The position numbers and the translations under genes are program-made. Under the pieces are notes generated by a model. That model saw only the letters and a program-made list of their open reading frames with translations. It was not told the DNA's origin and made no database searches. From an uncultured Rhodobacterales bacterium (GTDB lineage Bacteria > Pseudomonadota > Alphaproteobacteria > Rhodobacterales > Rhodobacteraceae), in NCBI GenBank assembly GCA_964466745.1, contig CAYXOX010000003.1, positions 6,193 through 70,192 of the forward strand: DNA of 64,000 bases. The letters run 5' to 3'. Positions 19,494 through 27,447 of this stretch are shown one piece after another. Each line of letters begins with the position of its first letter. The stretch's first letter is position 1.

Positions 19494-19521
19494 GAAGGGG
19501 GCCGGGCCGCCGGCTCCCTTC
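19494..19521 (+). terminator. Terminator-like hairpin after dabA
   Basis: GAAGGGGGCCGG-gccg-CCGGCTCCCTTC, a 12-bp stem with one G:U, 29 nt after the stop and followed by CTTGTC. Confidence 0.5.
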
Positions 19522-19589
19522 CTTGTCATGGCTGGGCGGGATCGAACGGGCCGGATCGGAGCGAAGCGGCTCCCCGGCCAGGGCGGCGT

Positions 19590-20144
19590 TCAGCCGCCGT
19601 GCGCTTGGCGACCCTCCTCGCCCTTGTCCGGCGGCGGCGCATCCCGCGCCGCGTCGAGCACTCGGCGCAGATGCTGCAGCGCGGGCAGCAGCGCCTCGAG
19701 CGTGCCCGGCTCCAGCGCGCCGAGGTTCCGGCGGATATCGGGTTCGAGGGCGGCGATGGTGGCCGTGCGCAGCGCGTGGCCGGCCTCGGTGATCCGCACC
19801 AGCTTGGAGCGCCCATCGGCAGGGTTGGGCAGCGTGTCCACGAGGCCGTGGCGCCCGAGCACGGCGATGGAGTGGGTCATCGAGGTCTTGGGCACCTGGA
19901 ACGCGCGCGCAAGCTGCAGCGGTGTCTGCCCCGCCGGGCGCGAGGCAAGATGATTGAGCACGCCGAACTGCGCCGCGACCATCCCCTTCGGCAACCGCGC
20001 CTCGAGCAGGGCGGAGGAGAGCTGAGCAACGATGTTGGCCTCGTTCAGAACGGTGAAGGCGAGTTCGGGGGAAATGCCGGATGCCTCCGCCCTGCCCCGG
20101 GCTTTCGGCGCGACGGGCTGCAAGGCTCCGGGATCGTCGTTCAT
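19590..20144 (-). CDS. MarR family transcriptional regulator
   Basis: Winged-helix core QFGVLNHLASRPAGQTPLQLARAFQVPKTSMTHSIAVLGRHGLVDTLPNPADGRSKLVRITEAG. It lies on the same strand 104 bp downstream of the nitroreductase-like gene. Confidence 0.9.
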   Translation of the reverse strand: MNDDPGALQPVAPKARGRAEASGISPELAFTVLNEANIVAQLSSALLEARLPKGMVAAQFGVLNHLASRPAGQTPLQLARAFQVPKTSMTHSIAVLGRHGLVDTLPNPADGRSKLVRITEAGHALRTATIAALEPDIRRNLGALEPGTLEALLPALQHLRRVLDAARDAPPPDKGEEGRQAHGG

Positions 20145-20248
20145 AACTGCTGCCTTTCCGACCTGCGGGGCTCGGCCTGCCCGGCCCTGCCCCGGGGCGA
20201 GCGGCGCGTGCGTCAGGCGCCAGGCGCGCAGCGGGGGCCGCCTCCTGA

Positions 20249-21364
20249 TTAGCCCTGCCGGAGCCGCGCGTCGAGCGGCCAGCGCGGGGTCGGCGGCGTC
20301 TGCGGGCCGTAGCCGAGGCGCGCAAGCATCTGGACCGTCTCGCCTTGAGCGGCCAGCAGTCGGTGCGCCTCGGCGTAGTGTGCGGCCATCTCGGGGTATT
20401 CCTGCAGGGCCTGGCTCACGGGATGCAAGGCCAGCCCGAGGCGCGTGGTCGCAAGGTTGAGCCGCAGGTATCGGCGCCCGGCCTCGATCTGCTCGGCGCG
20501 GGTGTTGCCCTCGGAGACGATCACCGCATAGGCCGGCGTGGCTGTGAGCATCTCGCGGTAGATTGCAAGACCTTCACGAAACGCGATGCTCGACGGGTCG
20601 CGCTGTTTTTCGCGCGTGAGGATGCCCGCGAGCATCATGGCCTCCAGCATGGGGCCGCCAAGATCGATTCCATCCGGATTCGCCTCGATCTCGCGCCGCC
20701 CGAAGCGCATCAGGTCCACGCTTTCGCCATAGGTGTGCGGCGTGGTGAGCTCCACCTCGAAGGCCGCGAGAGTCAGCGCGCGCAGCCGCGCCACGAGGGC
20801 CGGATCGTCGAGGATGGTGGCGAATTCGCCAAGTGCGCTGCGCTGTTCGGCGGCGACAGGCCGGTCTTCGAAGGGCTCCTTGCACGACCGCCGGTCGAGG
20901 ATCGCGGCCCCGAGCGGATCGGCCCCGACGGCATCGGGCGAGAGGCGCAACTCGGCGACCGGCGCGCCGGGCGCCTCTCCCTGCGGGAAAAGGGCCAGCT
21001 CCACCCCGTGGCCGCTGCCCGACGCGCCAATCACGAATGTCTCGAGAAAGCAGCCCATTCCGATGGTCAGCTGCCGATCGAACGGATCGGTATGGGGCAG
21101 GTTCAGGGCCGGATCGCGGAACACCCGCACGGTGTCGGCGCCCACCAGCTCGGCCTGCCATGGCTGCCGGTTGTGGGGGTTGGGCGCGAGGATCGCGAAG
21201 CTCAGGGCGTTCAGGCGCGGATCGTCGTGGGCGCCCGCCTCGGCCCAGGGCGCGAGCGCCCGGTGAGGCGTGCGCGTGAGGGCGAAGCCGGTGCCGCCGG
21301 CACCTGCAGCAAGGACGATGCCGCCCCCAACGAGAGCGAGCATCTTGCGACGGGAGATGGGCAT
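20249..21364 (-). CDS. TAT-signal, nitroreductase-like (Acg-type FMN-binding) oxidoreductase family protein
   Basis: N-terminal twin-arginine-like signal MPISRRKMLALVGGGIVLAAGAGG. Contains LAPNPHNRQPW and tandem nitroreductase-like halves, 371 aa in total. Confidence 0.78.
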   Translation of the reverse strand: MPISRRKMLALVGGGIVLAAGAGGTGFALTRTPHRALAPWAEAGAHDDPRLNALSFAILAPNPHNRQPWQAELVGADTVRVFRDPALNLPHTDPFDRQLTIGMGCFLETFVIGASGSGHGVELALFPQGEAPGAPVAELRLSPDAVGADPLGAAILDRRSCKEPFEDRPVAAEQRSALGEFATILDDPALVARLRALTLAAFEVELTTPHTYGESVDLMRFGRREIEANPDGIDLGGPMLEAMMLAGILTREKQRDPSSIAFREGLAIYREMLTATPAYAVIVSEGNTRAEQIEAGRRYLRLNLATTRLGLALHPVSQALQEYPEMAAHYAEAHRLLAAQGETVQMLARLGYGPQTPPTPRWPLDARLRQG

Positions 21365-21376
21365 GGTCGAGACTCC

Positions 21377-21416
21377 ATTAAGTGCGATATCGCATCATTT
21401 AGTGCGATGTCGAACT
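21377..21416. promoter_or_regulatory. Tandem 20-bp operator-like repeat containing a perfect 12-bp palindrome
   Basis: ATTAAGTGCGATATCGCATC (21377-21396) is followed directly by ATTTAGTGCGATGTCGAACT (21397-21416), 15/20 identical. TGCGATATCGCA (21383-21394) is a perfect palindrome. The site sits in a locally AT-rich patch 13-52 bp upstream of the nitroreductase-like start. Confidence 0.4.
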
Positions 21417-21600
21417 TTTTACAACCCCTTGAACGACGCCCGACCGGCGCTGCCACGGGGATCCGTGCGTGTGCGCGCTGCGCCGCGCGCCGGCGCGGGC
21501 CTCGTCTGCCGGCGCGCTTCCGGCTGGACGCCACGCCGGGGGGTGTTATCTGCGGGAGCGACGAAGCGGCGGCCCAGGCGCCGCAGCACTTCGGGAAGCC

Positions 21601-22182
21601 ATGTCCGAGCGCCGACGCCGAACCATCCTCCTCGCGCTCCTTGGAGCGGCGCTCGCGCCGGCCCTGGCCTGGAGCGTGCTTGCCGTGACGCGCACGACGC
21701 CGCCCGGTGCCTACACCGCGCCCGGGCTGCCTCCCCTCACGCCGGAAGCCGCGCGGGCCGAGATGTTCCTGCTGCTGCCGGCCCTGCTCACGGTGGTCTA
21801 CGAAGCTTTCGGGCAGACGGAGGAAGCCGCGATATACGATACGCTGGCGCGCGCGGCACATGGCGCCGCGCTCGAATCGCTCTACCTCGAGCGGGCCGGC
21901 GCGCTGCAGGGAGGCGGGCTGACGGAAGCCGACCAGACGATACACGAGATGCAGGTGCTCGGGATCACCACCAGCCAGCGGGGAGAAACCTTCGCGCTCG
22001 ACGCGCACTGGCAGGTGATCGGCACCGTGGGCCACAGCGAGCACATCCATGTGCGCGGCAACGCCTATCGCGCCGACCTTGCCCTCGCGCCGGTGGAAGG
22101 GGCATGGAAGATCGTGGATTTCGCCCTGCGCGAGGTGGACCGGACCAGCGCCGGAGAGCAATACGTGGTCGACGCGCCATGA
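21601..22182 (+). CDS. Secreted protein of unknown function (first gene of the metal-uptake-like operon)
   Basis: ATG 21601 gives MSERRRRTILLALLGAALAPALAWS, a signal peptide. About 193 aa with good G/C third-position bias. Its stop overlaps the start of the ABC ATPase (ATGA). Confidence 0.7.
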   Translation: MSERRRRTILLALLGAALAPALAWSVLAVTRTTPPGAYTAPGLPPLTPEAARAEMFLLLPALLTVVYEAFGQTEEAAIYDTLARAAHGAALESLYLERAGALQGGGLTEADQTIHEMQVLGITTSQRGETFALDAHWQVIGTVGHSEHIHVRGNAYRADLALAPVEGAWKIVDFALREVDRTSAGEQYVVDAP

Positions 22183-22847
22183 TCGCGCTGGAAAAGCTTC
22201 GCTTCGCCTACTCCGGCGGTCGCTTCCGCCTCGATGTGCCGTCGCTTGCCGTCGGCGCGGGCGAGCGGGTTGCCGTCGTCGGCCCGAGCGGGACCGGCAA
22301 GACGACGCTGCTCAACCTCGTCGCCGGCCTCCTGCGCCCCGACGCCGGCCGCGTCACGGTGGACGGCAGCGATCTGTGCAGCCTTTCGCCATCGGAGTTG
22401 CGCCGGTTCCGCGCCCGGACCATCGGCTTCGTCTTCCAGGATTTCGCGCTGGTGGAGTACCTCAGCGCGGCCGAAAACATCCTCTACCCCTACCGCGTCG
22501 CCCCCCATGCGGCCATCGACGGGGCCGTGCGTGCGCGGGCCCGCGCGCTGGCCGACGCCTGCGGGCTGACCGAGAAGCTGGGCCGTCGCCCCGGCGCGCT
22601 CTCGCAGGGCGAACAGCAACGGGTGGCGATCTGCCGGGCCCTCGTGACGCAACCGCGGCTCGTGCTCTCCGACGAGGCGACAGGGAATCTCGACCCGGCC
22701 AACAAGGCGCTGATCCTCGATCTGCTCTTCGCCCAGGCCGAGGCGGCGGGCGCGAGCATCCTTGCGGTGACCCACGATCACGCGCTGCTTCCACGCTTCG
22801 ACAGGGTCGTGGATTTCTCCGTCTTCAGCTCCGCGGCCGCGGCATGA
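22179..22847 (+). CDS. ABC transporter ATP-binding protein, MacB/LolD/FtsE-like subfamily
   Basis: Walker A GPSGTGKTT, FQDFALVEYLSAAEN, signature LSQGEQQRVAICRAL, Walker B LVLSDEATGNLD. About 222 aa and paired with an FtsX-type permease. Confidence 0.92.
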   Translation: MIALEKLRFAYSGGRFRLDVPSLAVGAGERVAVVGPSGTGKTTLLNLVAGLLRPDAGRVTVDGSDLCSLSPSELRRFRARTIGFVFQDFALVEYLSAAENILYPYRVAPHAAIDGAVRARARALADACGLTEKLGRRPGALSQGEQQRVAICRALVTQPRLVLSDEATGNLDPANKALILDLLFAQAEAAGASILAVTHDHALLPRFDRVVDFSVFSSAAAA

Positions 22848-24013
22848 ACGCCTTCTTTCTTGCCGTCTCCTACCTGCGCTTTCACTGGGCGCGCAGCCTG
22901 GTGCTGGTGCTCGCCGTGGCGCTGATCCTTGCGGTGCCGGTTGCCTCGCGGGCGCTGCTGAATGCGGGGGAGGCCACGCTCACGGCCCGCGCGGAGACAA
23001 CACCCTACCTCGTGGGGCGCCGGGGCAGCGCGCTCGATCTGACCATGGCCGCGCTCTATTTCGGCGAGGAACGGCCGCCCACCCTGCCCGCCGCCGAGGT
23101 GGACAGGATCTGGGACAGCGGGCTGGCCGTACCCATCCCGCTTCACATCGGCTTCGAAACCGGCGGGCAGCCGATCGTGGGAACCACGCTCGATTATTTC
23201 GAGTTCCGTGATCTTGCGCTCGCGGGCGGCCGGGGGCTTGCCGTGCTCGGCGAGGCGGTGCTCGGGGCACGGGCGGCGGAGGCCCTCGGGGTGGCCCCGG
23301 GCGACACGGTTGTCTCCACCCCGCAGAACCTCTTCGATCTCGACGGCGTCTATCCCCTCGAGATGCCGGTCGTCGGCGTGCTCGCCCCCACCGGCACCCC
23401 CGACGACGAGGCCGTCTTCGTGGACATCAAGACGACATGGGTGATCGCGGGCATCGGCCACGGCCATGCCGACGTGGTGAGCGCCGAGGCCCTCGCCGCC
23501 GGCGAGACCGTGCTGGCCGGGGCGGAAATCGTGCAATTCCAGCGCATAACGCCCGAGAACATCGAGAGCTTCCATTTCCACGGCAACGAGGGGGATTACC
23601 CCGTCACCGCGGTGATCGCCGTGCCGAGCGACCTGCGCGCGGGCACGATCCTGCAGGGCCGTTACCTCGACCCGGACGGCAGCGCACAGCTCGTCTCGCC
23701 CGTCCTCGTCGTCGAGGGGCTGGTGGAGCGGATCTTCCGCATCCGCACCGTGCTCGACGCGGTCGCGGCCATCGTGGCCGCCGCGGCACTGGCGGCCATC
23801 GGGCTTTCCCTCTTTCTCTCCTATCGCCTGCGCGCGGCGGAGTTCGCCACCGCGCGCAAGCTCGGCGCCGCGCGCGGAACGGCGCTCAGGCTCTTGGCGG
23901 CGGAAACAGCCGTGTTACTTCTGCCCTGCATCCTGCTGGCGGGCGCGCTCGCATTTGCCGTGCATGCACGGGCCGACACGCTCGTGGGCTGGATGCTGGC
24001 CCTCGGCGCCTGA
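22844..24013 (+). CDS. FtsX/MacB-type ABC transporter permease with a large periplasmic domain
   Basis: N-terminal TM (SLVLVLAVALILAVPVA), a roughly 250-aa extracytoplasmic domain, and C-terminal TM cluster (AIVAAAALAAIGLSLFLSYRLRAAEFATARKLGAARGTALRLL...) typical of the FtsX fold. ATGA overlap with the ATPase gene. Confidence 0.85.
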   Translation: MNAFFLAVSYLRFHWARSLVLVLAVALILAVPVASRALLNAGEATLTARAETTPYLVGRRGSALDLTMAALYFGEERPPTLPAAEVDRIWDSGLAVPIPLHIGFETGGQPIVGTTLDYFEFRDLALAGGRGLAVLGEAVLGARAAEALGVAPGDTVVSTPQNLFDLDGVYPLEMPVVGVLAPTGTPDDEAVFVDIKTTWVIAGIGHGHADVVSAEALAAGETVLAGAEIVQFQRITPENIESFHFHGNEGDYPVTAVIAVPSDLRAGTILQGRYLDPDGSAQLVSPVLVVEGLVERIFRIRTVLDAVAAIVAAAALAAIGLSLFLSYRLRAAEFATARKLGAARGTALRLLAAETAVLLLPCILLAGALAFAVHARADTLVGWMLALGA

Positions 24014-24051
24014 CGGCCAGGCCCGGAGGAGTGAGCAATGGGGAGGACCTG

Positions 24052-24822
24052 ATGAAACGTGCCTGTCTCGCGGCGGCGACCGCGGCCCTGCTTGCCGCCG
24101 CCCCCGCTGCGGCCCACTACGGGATGATCATTCCGTCGGACCCGATGATCTCCCAGGAAGACGGGCGCAGCGTGGCGCTCACGCTCTCCTTCTCCCACCC
24201 CTTCGAGCGTGACGGCATGGTCCTCGACGCGCCGCGCGCCTTCACCGTCAACCATGGCGGCCAGACGACAGACCTTCTCGGGAGCCTCGGTGCCGCGCAG
24301 GTGATGGGGGCGCCGGGCTTCGTGCTGGAGCACCCTCTCGAACGGCCGGGCACCTACGTGTTCGCGATGGAACCGCAGCCTTACTGGGAACCGGCCGAGG
24401 ACGCCTTCATCATCCACTACACCAAGACCTACGTGACCGCCTACGGCGACGACGAAGGCTGGGACGCCGAGCTCGGCCTCGCGACGGAGATCGTCCCCCT
24501 CTCCAAGCCCTTCGGCCTCTGGGAGCACAACGTGTTCCAGGGCATCGTCAAGCTCGGCGGCGCGCCGGTGCCCTTCGCCGAGGTGGAGGTGGAGTTCTAC
24601 AACGAGACCGGCGCGGCCTCCGTGCCCGACGAGCTGATGGTCACCCAGACGGTGAAGGCCGATCAGAACGGCGTGTTCACCTATGCGCCGCCGGCCTCCG
24701 GGTGGTGGGGCTTTGCCGCGCTGAACACCGCCGACTACACGCTTCAGCAGGACGGCGCGGAGAAGGCGGTGGAGCTGGGCGCGGTGATCTGGGTCCGGTT
24801 CGAGCCGTGGGCGGCCCGATGA
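24052..24822 (+). CDS. DUF4198 family periplasmic protein (family of NikK/CbiK-type Ni/Co uptake components)
   Basis: Signal peptide MKRACLAAATAALLAAAPAAAHYG. The mature N-terminus starts with His. The C-terminal part looks like a transthyretin-like beta-sandwich (FQGIVKLGGAPVPFAEVEVEFYNE...VKADQNGVFTYAPPASGWWGFAAL). Confidence 0.78.
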   Translation: MKRACLAAATAALLAAAPAAAHYGMIIPSDPMISQEDGRSVALTLSFSHPFERDGMVLDAPRAFTVNHGGQTTDLLGSLGAAQVMGAPGFVLEHPLERPGTYVFAMEPQPYWEPAEDAFIIHYTKTYVTAYGDDEGWDAELGLATEIVPLSKPFGLWEHNVFQGIVKLGGAPVPFAEVEVEFYNETGAASVPDELMVTQTVKADQNGVFTYAPPASGWWGFAALNTADYTLQQDGAEKAVELGAVIWVRFEPWAAR

Positions 24823-25172
24823 GCGCCGCCCGAACCCTCCGCGCCGCGGCCGCCGCCGGGATAGTGCTTGCCGCCGGGGCCGGAACGGCCGGCGCGCACC
24901 AGCTCAACGTCTTCGCCAGCACCGATTGCGAGGTGGTGAGGATCGAGGCGAAGTTCTCCTCCGGGCGCGTGCCGGTGGGCGGTGAGGTGCGCATCCTCAA
25001 CGGGCAGAACACGCTTCTGGCCACCCTCGCGCTCACCTCGGAGGGCACGCTTTCCGTGCCGCTCGCCGGGCTCGATGCCGCCACCGGCCTGCTCATCGAG
25101 GTCGATACCGGGGACCACGAGGACTACTGGATCGTCACCCCGCAGGACATCGCCGGCGCATGCCCCGGCTGA
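24819..25172 (+). CDS. Small secreted beta-rich protein of unknown function
   Basis: ATGA overlap with the DUF4198 gene. Signal peptide MSAARTLRAAAAAGIVLAAGAGTAGAHQ. About 117 aa; the mature part again begins with His and ends with DTGDHEDYWIV. Confidence 0.65.
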   Translation: MSAARTLRAAAAAGIVLAAGAGTAGAHQLNVFASTDCEVVRIEAKFSSGRVPVGGEVRILNGQNTLLATLALTSEGTLSVPLAGLDAATGLLIEVDTGDHEDYWIVTPQDIAGACPG

Positions 25173-26074
25173 GCGTCGGTCGCGCGCTTGGGGCGCTCCT
25201 GCTCACGGCGCTGGCGCTGGCGGCGCCCGCCGCGGCCGAAGAGCGTCCGCGGGCCGTCGCGGTGACCTACGCGCTGGCGTATTTCGCCGAACGGCTCGGC
25301 GGCGCGGCGATCGACGTCGAGTTCCCGGTGCCCGAGGGCGCCGACCCCGAGTTCTGGCGGCCGGGCATCGCCGAGATCGGCGCCATCCAGTCTGCCGACC
25401 TGATCCTGCTAAACGGTGCGGGCTTCGCGCGCTGGACGGCGCGCGCCTCGCTGCCACGGGCCCGAACCGTGGTTACCGCCCGCGGCATCGAGGACCGCTT
25501 CATCGCAACCGAGGCGATCACCCACAGCCACGGCGACGGCGGCGCGCACACCCACCAGAGCACCGCCCCCTACACCTGGCTGGACCAGCAGAACGCCCTC
25601 GCCCAGGCCGGGGCCGTGGCGGAGGCGCTCAAGGCGCGGGGGCTCGCGCCGGCGCAGGATGTCGATGCCGCCTTCGCGGCGCTCGCTGCCGAGCTGGACA
25701 TGCTCCACGCCGCCGCGCTTGCGCTTGCACCGCTGGCGGAGGGCATGCCCGTGATCGCCACGCACCCGCGCTACCAGTATCTCGCGCACGCCTACGGGCT
25801 GACCCTGCACGCGCTGGAATGGGAGGCAGGCACCGCGCCGGGCCCGGCAGAGCTTGAGGACCTGCGCGCACTGGCGGACCAGACGGGCGCACGGGTGCTG
25901 ATCTGGGAAGCCGAACCGCCTGCCGGGGCGCGCGACGCGGTGCGCGCGCTGGGGCTCGCCGATACCGTCTTTCCCACGCTCGCCTCGAGGCCTGCAGCCG
26001 GATATGCCCAGACCTTCGAGCGCGCGGTGGCCGATCTCGCCGCCGCCCTGGCGGTGGCCGGAGCGGGCGAGTGA
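25160..26074 (+). CDS. ZnuA/TroA-like (cluster 9) metal-binding periplasmic protein with a His-rich loop
   Basis: Signal peptide MPRLSVGRALGALLLTALALAAPAAA. Contains SADLILLNGAGFARW, a His-rich insert THSHGDGGAHTHQ (about 25518-25558), HPRYQYLAHAYGL and VLIWEAEP, all typical of the ZnuA fold. Overlaps the previous gene by 13 nt. Confidence 0.85.
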   Translation: MPRLSVGRALGALLLTALALAAPAAAEERPRAVAVTYALAYFAERLGGAAIDVEFPVPEGADPEFWRPGIAEIGAIQSADLILLNGAGFARWTARASLPRARTVVTARGIEDRFIATEAITHSHGDGGAHTHQSTAPYTWLDQQNALAQAGAVAEALKARGLAPAQDVDAAFAALAAELDMLHAAALALAPLAEGMPVIATHPRYQYLAHAYGLTLHALEWEAGTAPGPAELEDLRALADQTGARVLIWEAEPPAGARDAVRALGLADTVFPTLASRPAAGYAQTFERAVADLAAALAVAGAGE

Positions 26075-26208
26075 TCGCAGCGCCCGGGGCACGGCCCCCG
26101 AAGCGGAGCCGGAACCGGAACTGTCACGCGCGCGTCATGGGCGGCTGGCACGTGGTGGCGAGACCCGTCGCGCACCGCGCGCCACAGCCGTAAGGATCTC
26201 CGGCAACA

Positions 26209-27447
26209 ATGGCCCACCACCCCCGGAGGCAGACCGAGACCCCGGCCCGAGGCGCAGGAACGCCCGGCGAGGTCTTCGGCGTGTTCCTGCGGCTCGGGCT
26301 CACCTCCTTCGGTGGGCCCATCGCGCATCTGGGCTATTTCCGCGAGGAACTGGTGGCGCGGCGCCGCTGGCTGAGCGATGCCGACTATGCCGATCTGGTG
26401 GCGCTCTGCCAGTTCCTGCCCGGCCCCGCGTCGAGCCAGGTGGGCTTCGCGCTGGGGCTGATGCGCGCGGGCTGGCTCGGCGCGCTAGCCGCCTTCACCG
26501 CCTTCACGGCGCCATCGGCGCTCCTGCTCTTCGCCTTCGCAGCCGGCGTGGGCACGCTCGGCGGGCCGCTTGCCCTCGGCGCGCTGGACGGGCTCAAGAT
26601 CGTGGCGGTGGCGATCGTGGCACAGGCCGTGCTGGGCATGGCGCGCACGCTCTGCCCCGATCGCGAACGCGCCGCCATCGCGGTGGGCGCGGTCGCGGTG
26701 CTGGCGGTGCTGCCGGGTGCGGCCGGGATGATCGGGGCCATCGTGCTCGGTGCCGCCGCCGGCCTTGTCCTGGCGCCCGGCGCGATGCCGGCCGGCGAGC
26801 CGGGAAGCGCACCTGCCGGGGGTCTGCCGGTGCCTCGCGGCCTCGCGCTGGCCGCGCTCTCAGCCTTCGCCGCGCTCCTGATCCTCCTGCCGCTTCTGGC
26901 GCCGCTTGCACCCGCGCTCGCCGTGGCCGACGCGTTCTACCGCTCCGGCGCCCTCGTCTTCGGCGGCGGCCATGTGGTGCTGCCCCTGCTGGAGGCCGAA
27001 ACCGTGGCTAAGGGCTGGATCGCGCCGGAGGACTTCCTCGCGGGCTACGGCGCCGCGCAGGCCGTCCCCGGCCCGCTCTTCACCTTCGCGGCCTATCTCG
27101 GTGCCGCTCTCGACGGCGCGCCCAGCGGCCTGGGAGGCGGCGCGCTCGCGCTCGGGGCGATCTTCCTGCCGGGGTTCCTGCTGCTCGTGGCAGCGCTGCC
27201 CTTCTGGGCCGCGCTGCGCGCCCTGCGCCCTGCGCGTGCGCTCATGCAGGGCGCGAATGCCGCCGTGGTGGGGATCCTCGGCGCCGCGCTCTACGATCCT
27301 GTGTTCACCGCCGCCGTGGGGTCCATGGCCGATTTCACCCTCGCACTGGGCTGCTTCGTGGCGCTCGCCGCCTGGAAAGCTCCGCCCTGGGCGGTGGTGA
27401 TCGCAGGTGCCGCCGGGGGCGCCGTCCTCGCACTTGCGGGCATCTAG
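26209..27447 (+). CDS. chrA: Chromate ion transporter (CHR family, two-domain ChrA)
   Basis: FLRLGLTSFGGPIAHLGYFREELVARRRWLSDADYADLVALCQFLPGPASSQVG is the hallmark CHR motif. It is repeated in the second half (FYRSGALVFGGGHVVLPLLE...GYGAAQAVPGPLFTFAAYLG). Confidence 0.9.
   Translation: MAHHPRRQTETPARGAGTPGEVFGVFLRLGLTSFGGPIAHLGYFREELVARRRWLSDADYADLVALCQFLPGPASSQVGFALGLMRAGWLGALAAFTAFTAPSALLLFAFAAGVGTLGGPLALGALDGLKIVAVAIVAQAVLGMARTLCPDRERAAIAVGAVAVLAVLPGAAGMIGAIVLGAAAGLVLAPGAMPAGEPGSAPAGGLPVPRGLALAALSAFAALLILLPLLAPLAPALAVADAFYRSGALVFGGGHVVLPLLEAETVAKGWIAPEDFLAGYGAAQAVPGPLFTFAAYLGAALDGAPSGLGGGALALGAIFLPGFLLLVAALPFWAALRALRPARALMQGANAAVVGILGAALYDPVFTAAVGSMADFTLALGCFVALAAWKAPPWAVVIAGAAGGAVLALAGI

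Noticed and set aside
21469-21600. N-terminal extension of the first gene of the metal-like operon (ORF start at 21469). Similar long N-terminal extensions occur for many ORFs, for example 2208, 3808, 4778, 4960, 6590, 8627, 10963, 22049, 23437, 41323 and 45885
   Set aside because: The extensions are Arg/Pro/Ala-rich and often overlap the preceding gene. They precede an internal start that has a signal peptide or family N-terminus plus an RBS or ATGA/GTGA coupling, so I used the internal starts.
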